Source of the DNA: Catajapyx aquilonaris
Lineage: Eukaryota
DNA length: 45,219 nt
Direction: 5' to 3'
Assembly (NCBI GenBank): GCA_000934665.2
Contig: KZ538837.1
Span: 1-45,219 of the forward strand
The translations under genes were made by a program, and so were the position numbers. This document shows positions 36,607 to 45,219 of this stretch, one piece after another (position 1 is the first letter of the stretch; each line of letters starts with the position of its first letter). A model generated the notes under the pieces. That model saw nothing but the letters and a program-made list of their open reading frames with translations. It had not been told where the DNA came from and did not search any database.

Positions 36607-39539
36607 ATGGAGTCCAAACCGGACGCTGTGGTTATCCGGGACGCTTGCAAAAAATATGGCAGAGGAAAAAAAGCTCATAGTGTCCTAAACCGGCTGAGTC
36701 TCGACGTGAAATCGGGACAGATGTAAGTGTCCCATTTAAGTGTCCACACGGGGTTCAACGTCCTCTTTCTGTCCTCAGATACGCCTTGCTTGGCGCCAGC
36801 GGATGTGGCAAGACTACCCTTCTGACATGCATGCTGGGCATCCGTAAGCTGGACAGTGGACAGATCCGGATATTGGGACAGCATCCTGATGGTGTCCGGG
36901 TTGTGGGAGGGAGGGTGGGTTACATGCCCCAGGAAATGTCCCTCTACATGGAGTTCTCCGCCAGGGAGATAATGGCCTTATTTGGTCGCCTCCACGGGAT
37001 GGGACGGAAGGACGTCCGGGACAGGATGGACTTTCTGTCCAGGTTCCTCAAGCTGCCCGATCTGGACCGTCCCACCCACTCCCTCAGCGGAGGTCAGCAG
37101 AGAAGGGTGTCCTTTGCCATCGCTCTCTTCCACCAACCTGATATGCTCATCCTTGACGAACCAACAGTTGGTGTGGACACCATTTTAAGACAAGCGTAAG
37201 TCAAGTTCTGGCATATCCTCCTGAATCTGTTGATCTATGAGAATTTTTCCTGCAGGATCTGGAACCACCTAGGCGAGCTGGCTTCGTCTGGTACCACCAT
37301 CATCCTCACCACTCACTACATAGGAGAGGCGTCTAGGGCTGATGTGGTGGGCTTCATGCGGAATGGCCGCCTCTTAGCTCAAAACACGCCAAAGGATCTG
37401 CTGACCAAGCACAGCCTGACTAGGCTGGAAGACGTCTTCTTAGTCCTCTCGTCTGCTCAAGAGAACACAGTGTTGCCAGAACCAATTGTTCAAGAATCAG
37501 TCGAGGTCAAGACGCCTCCGTCAGATGGTGCGAAGCGCCCGGGGACGTTTCGCAACCACGTGGCGGCCATTTTGTACCGGAATTTGCATCGTGTCTACCA
37601 TTACATCCCGTACGCATCTTTCTATTGTCAAGCTGTCTTTGTGTCTGAAAAATAATGCAGTTTGTCCACCTTTAGGTTGTCGTCCATATGTCTGATCTCC
37701 CCTGTGATAGTCATGGCTCTCTACTGCATCGTTTTGGGAGGCTCGCTCAAGGGCCTGCCATTGGGTGTGGTCAACAATGAGTGGCCAACTGACCCCATCT
37801 GCCTCCCTTACGACGACTGCCTGCTGGTCAATCTCAGCTGCCGCTTTTTGAATCAAATGGACGGCGACATCATCCAACTGGTCAGTACAGGGGGACGAAA
37901 CATTACCCGCTCTCTTTTTTGTAAATTTAATTTAAAATGAGCAAAGCTGTTACTCTTTACATCACAAGCAACCGTACGGTGACGAAGAGTCAGCCCTGCA
38001 GGCAGTGATGGAGGGTCAAGCCTGGGGCTATCTGTACTTTCCTCGAAATTACTCTGACTGCGTGGCCGAGAGGATGCTGGACATGACACTCTCGGACAAC
38101 GGAACCCTCAACAACGCTGTGGCCACGCTCAAGATGGACATGACCAGTATAGTTTGGACACGAGTGATGACCTTGTAGCCTATACTACTTCTGCTATTAT
38201 TTTTGGTCGACAGGTAAACCACTGTCTCTGACGGTTCAGCGGACGTTGCTGCTTGGATACGAGAACTTCAGTAAGGAGCTTCTCAGCATGTGCGGCGTCA
38301 ACCCCAACCTGATGAAGTACCCTTTGCAGGTCAAGTATACAGACAGATTACTACCTATCCTCCTGAGACCCCTGGTACAGTATACTGTACCTTTGTTTTT
38401 TTTCCAGCACCTTCTGACTAACTCAAACGCGTAAAAAAACCAAAAGCAAAGGTACAGTATACTGTACCAGGGGTCTCAGGAGGCTATACTGACTGTGAGA
38501 TAATTTTGCAATATTTCCACAATTATGAATATCCTGTGGGAATTTTACACTCTTTCAGTTTGAGAGTTCGCTGTCTGAAGTGGAGACCCCGACATTCCAG
38601 CACTTCACTCTCCCAGGGATGCTGGCCAGGTACCAATTCTTATGGTACTTGATTAATACTCTTATTTAATGACCCAAATTATCGTTACAGTATAGTCTTG
38701 GCTTTCCCCGTGAACACCGTGTTGTGCTTCGTTACCATGGAGCGGTCCGAAGGCATGCTCACTAGGATCTGGGTTGCAGGTCTGTTACCCCCTTCATTGC
38801 TCACCCTTCGCGCATGCGCAGATTACCTTGGCAACGGCGCAATTTCCCCAAGCATAGCGTTGGAAATAAGTGCAGCACTTATTTACCAGTATGCCCACTA
38901 TCATTATTGATAATGCCAACCCTGCAAGCTGCGCGAACTGTGATGCGCACACGGTTGTGCTAGTAATGTCCCATCTTCAAGCCGGGACACGAGACGGAAC
39001 AGCATAGCAAAATAAAAGGTGGGTACCCTACTTTTTTCCCCTCAGGTGTAACTGATGCTGAGCTTTTGGTGAGCGAGCTTGTGACCCAATCGGTGTTCCT
39101 GGTGACCCAGTTCATGCCCGTGGTGCCCCTGATGTACTGGTACCTAGGCCTGACCGTGACCCACAACCTGCCCTGGTTCGTCCTCCTGCTGCTGCTAGAG
39201 GGCACCAGCAGCGTGGCCTTGGGATTCCTGGTGTCCGTCCTAGTTCCAACCCTGGCCGACGGTGGTGCCATCTCTCTGGTGATAGGACTGACCCTGTGGT
39301 TCGCAAGCGGGACCATCTGGCCACTGGAGTCCATCACCATGATTGGACTGAAGGAAGTCTGCTGGGCCAATCCGGTCACCCGGTTTGCTGAGGCATATCG
39401 AGACGTGCTGGTGCGTGGTCGGGGCATAGGTCACCCGAGGGTCATCCTAGCTTTCTTGTACGGCACAGGCTGGACACTAGCCTTCATGCTGGCCGCCGCA
39501 GTCGCATTCAGACGACTCAAGTTCAAGTTCGTCAGGTAG
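36607..39539 (+). CDS. ABCH: ABC transporter subfamily H half-transporter, copy 3 (more diverged), 9 exons
   Basis: Exons 36607-36722, 36779-37195, 37256-37609, 37676-37880, 37969-38146, 38214-38329, 38559-38629, 38691-38779, 39046-39539. Motifs GASGCGKT, LSGGQQRR, MLILDEPTVGVD, TTHY; frame intact. Confidence 0.92.
38359..38483. repeat. Inverted repeat/MITE in an ABCH copy 3 intron
   Basis: 37-bp perfect arms CCTCCTGAGACCCCTGGTACAGTATACTGTACCTTTG and its reverse complement; each arm contains the palindrome GGTACAGTATACTGTACC. Confidence 0.8.
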
Positions 39540-40199
39540 TGGCCCATTTGCACTCAAATCACGATAACTGTAGCGCTCAAGGCCACTCTGAGCCTGATTC
39601 GAGTATACTCACCGCCACAGTGCAGCCAACCCACACTGTGATGACAGCACGAAATTCTGGTGGTAATGCTGGATTCAGCGGTGCCAACAGAAATCGTCCA
39701 TGTTGGCCCATCAGGGTTGCCAACCTGATCTCTCTCTCTCTCTCTCTCTCTCCCTCTCTCTCAATCTCTCTTTCTAACCGCTATTTTGTAGTCTAACGTT
39801 AGGATTTGACGAACCTATGTTCGAGCCATCCTATTTAACGAGCCGTTAAAAGCTAACGGTAAAGTGCCATATGAACAGTAGTTTAGCTGACATTAGCACA
39901 TAACGGCCGGTTAAATAGGATGGACAATTTGGCAGCTTTATAACTAACTGTGCTTACATTTGCCGTTAACATTAAAGATCGAGTTAAAAATAATTTAATT
40001 AGCAGTGATTTTCCCGCAGTCTTGTAATTACCTGAAATAAAGTTGCTCAAATAATGCCCTTGTGTATGACTCGCAACAATTTATTTCTACCATATTATGT
40101 CACCTGCACTTACATCATTTTTGACATTTACTCTCTAGTGGGTGAGTGAGTTAATTTAATTAATTAATAATCCTTAACTCGCATTTATCCCGTCAAGTA

Positions 40200-40344
40200 C
40201 CATCGGGTTCAAATACTTTTGGCCACTTTATCCTGGTCTTGAAGCAACCCTTCACACACACACCACTCCTTATTAACGTGGGGTCTGTGTGAAGGGTTGC
40301 TTCAAGACCAGGATAAAGTGGCCAAAAGTATATGAACCCGATAG
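40200..40344. mobile_element. 145-bp hairpin MITE, TA-flanked
   Basis: ~58-bp arms CCATCGGGTTCAAATACTTTTGGCCACTTTATCCTGGTCTTGAAGCAACCCTTCACACA and a near-perfect reverse complement. Confidence 0.85.
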
Positions 40345-40742
40345 TACATCAATGTACGATTACGGGTGGTAATTAGTTTCCATATTTAAAAATACCGACG
40401 ATGTAATGCTACTGTATCATGGAGTATGAGGGTTACATGGCCTCATGATGCAGTGTACGCAACACGGTGAGAACACGCAGAGGTCATGCTCCATGTAACA
40501 AGTTCCAGTCATGCGTCATGCGAGTACAGTACCTGTGGGGAAAAATGCGCAAACTCCCCGTTACCTCATCGCGTGCTAATTACGGACCACGGAGACGGCT
40601 TCATTAGTAGTCTACTGTACATTACACTTTACCCATACGGCCATGCTCACGCGACTTGTGCCGCCATTTATAGTAGTTATCTGTGGCTATTAGTTACTTC
40701 TACAGTATTTGTAAGAGTTACTTTCGACTACAATATTAATTA

Positions 40743-40959
40743 CTAGCTGCGATACTCGGCGTTGCTCGGGAAGAAATGAATGGAAAGCAAGCTGAAAAGG
40801 ACAGCCAAAAAAAATTACATGCAATTAAGAATCTTAATTAAAGGAAGGACGGGAGAGGTTGGAGGTGTAGGAGGCGGACCACAGATGGCAGGGAAATGAC
40901 GGTCGGCGATCCAGGCGGACAGACAGACGGATCACAAACGGCTTTATGTATATAGAAGA
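40743..40959 (-). mobile_element. Non-autonomous Helitron-like element
   Basis: Minus strand begins A|TCTTCTATATAC, contains (CTGT)n, and ends CCCGAGCAACGCCGAGTATCGCAGCTAG|T (5'-TC, 3'-CTAG, A^T insertion site, no TSD). Confidence 0.75.
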
Positions 40960-41811
40960 TTTATGCATTTACACGATACTAATAAGTTGTGTTCGTATTT
41001 AGTTACTTATATTAGTAGCTGTATACCATGTAGTACTGTTACACTCTATAATAGTTACTAATGTGTATATTAGTTGTATTTTGTTGTAATTTCCTGGAAG
41101 GGATTTTATTTGTTATCTATATTACATTGTAAAGGCTTTTTGAGGGGTAAAATCTACGAGTAGATATTTTGACCACGATCTTAAATGAACTTGGGTGAGT
41201 AAGTGATGGTAAGTGATGGGCCACAGCATAGAGTTGATTTTTTTTTTGCGCGCGTCGTTTATGGCCCGTTTTAGTGGCCGTTAAGTACTGGGGTAGCATT
41301 AAAAACAATTGTTAAGTGGTAAATAGATAAGAAAATGTGGGAAAGGTGTGTCCGGATAGTTGCTGGCAGACGAAGTGGGTCTGGGTCAAGATCCTCCCAT
41401 GGATGGCTCTCCAAGGTTACCCGGTGCAGCTGCACTCAGGCCACTGGTCAACACTCTGGCAACATTCCCTTTTCCCTCCAGGCTTCTTCTTCTTTCGCGC
41501 TTTTTTTTGTTTGTGTGAATGCGGCACGTGCGTGTTTTTATCCCCCCTCTAGTCATCCGGTTTCTCTGGCCATTCAAGCAGGGGGGATATTGTCACGACA
41601 TGACACTAGTTGTTATTTATGGGGTCGTTGGTATTGCAATCTACTTGCTTTGCAACATATTTTCTGAATTACTCTACTACAGTATTATTACGGGGATTAA
41701 AGTGATAATTTATGTACGATCATGTGACACCAGTTACTGCAGTTACATTTAAAACACAGTAGTTGTCCTTCACTGGATCGCAATTTCCACTATTCCACAT
41801 AGACTTTATCA

Positions 41812-42455
41812 GTAGGGCTTAACGTCGTCGCGTCGGCCTTTTTATGCCTCTAAAGCCCGTTTCATAAATAAACTCTGCGACGGCGATCTGCTGTGGGTCG
41901 CAGATCTGGCTTGACCGTCGCGCGTCCGTCCAATTCATAAATAAATTCAGGCGCGACGGTCGCTGGAACTCATCGCGTCGCACCACATCCGGCCGGTTTG
42001 ATATTGAATGTGCGTCGGGACTCATCGCAGGAGCTGGAGCCAATGGGAGAAGCAGGATGGAGTCACGTGACAGCGCGCCGCGCACGCCTCGTCGCGCATC
42101 CGTTTTTTTATATGAATTGAACACGCGACCCATCGCCACATTCCAACGCAGCGGCAGCATGCGGCATTCATCGCCGCATTCTGTCTCTGCTGCCGGATCG
42201 CGCGATCATTTATTTATGAAACAGGCTTTAGGCTCAACACCGACGCCAGGGGGTAGTCCTCCTCCTGGAAATTTCGCCACTCTGGGGATCTTTAACGTGC
42301 ACTAGCGCAATGTCCCAAGCACACGGGACCGACGACGGCTTTACTTCCCCTCCGAACTCTCACTTTTCTACCACCCGGAGAAAAGTCACCGACCTCGGCC
42401 GGGTTTGAACCCACAACTTTGGCGAGCGCACTGACCACCAGTCCACCGGCGCGGC
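41812..42455 (-). mobile_element. Second tRNA-derived SINE, interrupted by the MITE at 41853-42228
   Basis: Minus strand: head GCCGCGCCGGTGGACTGGTGG, B box GGTTCAAACCC, body GGAGGGGAAGTAAGCCGTC..GGTCCCG..GCACGTTAAAGATCCCC; tail ..GACGTTAAGCCC on the far side of the MITE. Confidence 0.65.
41853..42228. mobile_element. MITE (TA- or TWA-flanked) inserted in a SINE
   Basis: TA|AAGCCCGTTTCATAAATAAA ... TTTATTTATGAAACAGGCTT|TA, with internal CGCGAC-rich subrepeats. Confidence 0.75.
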
Positions 42456-42879
42456 GCCGCGCCGGTAGCCTACATGGACGAGACTGCGTTCTTGGGATCT
42501 CTAACTTGTCCGTAATTATTATTTTACTATTTTACTATTACTCGATGTAACTTATTTATTATTATTTTTTGAACAATAAATTATTTTATTATGAGATATT
42601 CGACTATTAATTGCTCTTATAATGTTATAATATTAATGTCATTGTTAAATAAAATAATAGCTAAATAACTAATAAGACAATGTCTACATAACCCATAAGA
42701 CAAAATAGCTACATAACCAATAAGACAACAGCTAAATAACTAATACTAAAATTGTTAAATAATTTTAAATATTCTAGAACTGTCTATTTAACTGTTATTT
42801 GTCATTAATTAATAATTATGTAGCTATTACTTTAGCAATGGTTATTCATTAATTATTTTAATAGTGGTTATTTAACGGT

Positions 42880-43250
42880 TATTTTATTAGTTATTAACTG
42901 TTATTTTTATTAGTTATTAATGGTTATTTTATTATTAGTTATTAATGGTTATTTATTATTAGTTATTAATGGTTATGTTATTATTAGTTATTAATGGTTA
43001 TTTTATTATTAGTTATTAATGGTTATGTTATTATTAGTTATTAATGGTTGTGTTATTATTAGTTATTAATAGTTATTAATGGTTATTTATTATTAGTTAT
43101 TAATGGTTATTTTATTAGTTGTGAACTGTTATTTTTATTAGTTATTAATTGTTATTTTATTATTAGTTATTAATGGTTATTTTATTATTAGTTATTAATG
43201 GTTATTTTATTATTAGTTATTAATGGTTATTTTATTATTAGTTATTTAAC
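42880..43250. repeat. AT-rich minisatellite, unit ~22-25 bp (TTATTATTAGTTATTAATGGTTA)
   Basis: About 15 visible tandem copies. Confidence 0.9.
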
Positions 43251-44511
43251 TGTTATTCCTTAATTTCTAATGGTGATTTGTTGTTGCCGTTGTTGTTGAG
43301 CGAGAGCTTTGGGTTTAGGCAAGCCTACTGATTCTGACATGACTGACACGCTTGCACTCGAGGGAGGTGGGTGACCGCCATGAGGGGGACACGTTTTGCT
43401 GCACCTGGCACACACCCCTCAGTGGAGACATCAAAGGGAAAGGACCGCGTTCAGACCACAGGCCCTGGACTCGTGCCAGCGATCCCGGACGAGGAAAGGT
43501 CATGGTCACCCGGGTCAACATGTAGCATACTGTGGTTTTCACTCGGTTTGAGAGAAGAGCCGATTAATCAGGCTAACGCCATCTCTCATCCTGATGCAAA
43601 ACTACAGTACGATTTTTTTAAATGTCGTACGTAGTAGGAGTGGTCGTCGCCCTTCTTGCTGCACTTATTTCCAACGCTACGCATTATGGGGGGAAACCAA
43701 ATTAATGACCGACCTTTGCGCTCTATTATAAAATCCCCCAATGGCTTACAAAATATGAGAAATGCATAGAGGTAATTGATAACTGCACTATTTCAGCATT
43801 TGCGATTTCGTATTGATGACGAGGAGTCAAAAAAATATATATTGCGACTCTCCATGCTGAGCCAATAAATTATAGAAGCTGAATTAGTTACGTACATTTC
43901 CAGGAATCAAGAGTGCTACAACCTGACCCTTGCTCGATATAGGCCTCTAGGAACAATAAATAATAAAAAGTGGCACTATCCGGTTTGGACCAGGTTGCAA
44001 AATCGGATTTCGCGCAAGGCCATATTGGCAAAAGTGCTGACCACGCAGAGAAGAACCGGATGGTTCTAACTCAAGTCAGACCGTGGTCATTTTTTGGAAG
44101 AAGATCCATCGTGATGGAGTTAATTGCACAAAGGTAGTTACATTTTCACACTATAGTACGAATATGTGTCGCAATTTAAATTATTGGCCCCAGTTTTAAC
44201 ACTAAACCCTGCACTAAATTTCACATTCTGTGGCCCTTGTAATTGCAGAGTAAGTTACTTTTTGTGGACATCGAACATATCAGTTAGGAAAGGCTTTTTT
44301 GCTATTTTTTTCCGGAACTTTGAATAATTACGTCTGAGGTTATTTTAGAAAATAAATTTATCAAACTCCTCGCAAAGATCAGATTTTGCAAATTACTCGT
44401 AATTTATTACATACTAACTTCTAGTGGTTATAAAAAATGCTTGTTGCGAATATCACGTATAGATTGAATGAGTGTCGAAGAACGGGTTCCCAGCTAGCGA
44501 TGCAAATATTT

Positions 44512-44760
44512 GAATGGGTTAGTGCCATAACGTGCTAAGCCACAAAACCTTCATTCTGAGATATGGGCTTTCAAAAGTTAGGCTTAATATGGCAAATCAT
44601 ACAAAACAAGGAACATTATTCGTGATTTTCTCGTGATCTATGGGGAATTTTTTTAACTACGTGATGCCCACTTGTGAAGCACGATGGTGGGACTTTCAGA
44701 CACGTGCAAGCTCAAAAAACACAAAAGTGTGGCTTAGCACGTTATGGCACTAACCCCTTC
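44512..44760. mobile_element. MITE with 4-bp ATTT TSD (Sola-like)
   Basis: ATTT|GAATGGGTTAGTGCCATAACGTGCTAAGCCACA ... TGTGGCTTAGCACGTTATGGCACTAACCCCTTC|ATTT. Confidence 0.8.
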
Positions 44761-44786
44761 ATTTTATAACACCAATCGCTATTTAA

Positions 44787-45219
44787 CCCTTTGATGGCGA
44801 CGGACATCATATGATGTCCGAGCTTGCATTGCTCGAGGGCCTACGGACATCATATGATGTCCTGAGATTTGCCCTGCCAACTTGGGTCATTTTTCAACTC
44901 AAAAAATTTCAACCTCACCGATTTTCTTGAAATTCGGTGCATTGGTAGCCCACCCCAAGGGATGAAAAACGCACCTATAGTGACCTGATCAAAATGACCC
45001 TGTGACCCAATTTTGAGGGGGGCAGAGGTCAAATCATAAAATTTCGATCTCACCGATTTTCTTCAAATTCGGTCCATTGGTAGCCCACACCAAGGGATGG
45101 CAAACGCACCTATAGTTCCCTGCTCGAAATGACCCTGTGACCCATATTGGAGGGGGTCAGAGGTCAAATTTTGACCTCACCGATTTTATTCAAATTCGGT
45201 GCATAGGTAGCCCACCCCA
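44787..45219. mobile_element. Left end of a piggyBac-like element carrying a ~130-bp tandem repeat array (runs off the window)
   Basis: TTAA|CCCTTTGATGGCG, then two copies of the palindrome GGACATCATATGATGTCC; repeat units begin at 44914, 45049 and 45176. Confidence 0.65.

Noticed and set aside
42880..43250. Regularly spaced repeats as a possible CRISPR array
   Set aside because: No unique spacers, AT-rich head-to-tail minisatellite, eukaryotic context, no cas genes.

Overview
Eukaryotic, intron-rich genomic DNA, most likely from an arthropod (ABCH transporters, a Snakeskin/MARVEL-like gene, short introns); the species cannot be determined from the sequence. Eight spliced genes were reconstructed by hand: a probably secreted protein with two tandem 6-Cys modules plus two FN3 domains (+, first exon unresolved); an MFSD6-like MFS transporter (-); a small ankyrin-repeat/RING E3 ligase (-); SVOP (-); three tandem ABCH half-transporters (+); and a 4-TM MARVEL/Snakeskin-like gene (-) lying between ABCH copies 2 and 3. 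An internally deleted MFS pseudogene sits between ABCH copies 1 and 2. Introns and intergenic DNA are dense with non-autonomous transposons: four copies of a foldback MITE with 7-bp TSDs (Galileo/P-like), TA-, TTAA- and ATTT-flanked MITEs, Helitron remnants, two tRNA-derived SINEs, and micro/minisatellites. Best leads: the uncharacterised Cys-module/FN3 protein, mosaic ABCH paralogs, the Galileo-like MITE family, and probable GC-AG introns in the MFS gene. All exon boundaries are manual predictions without transcript evidence.
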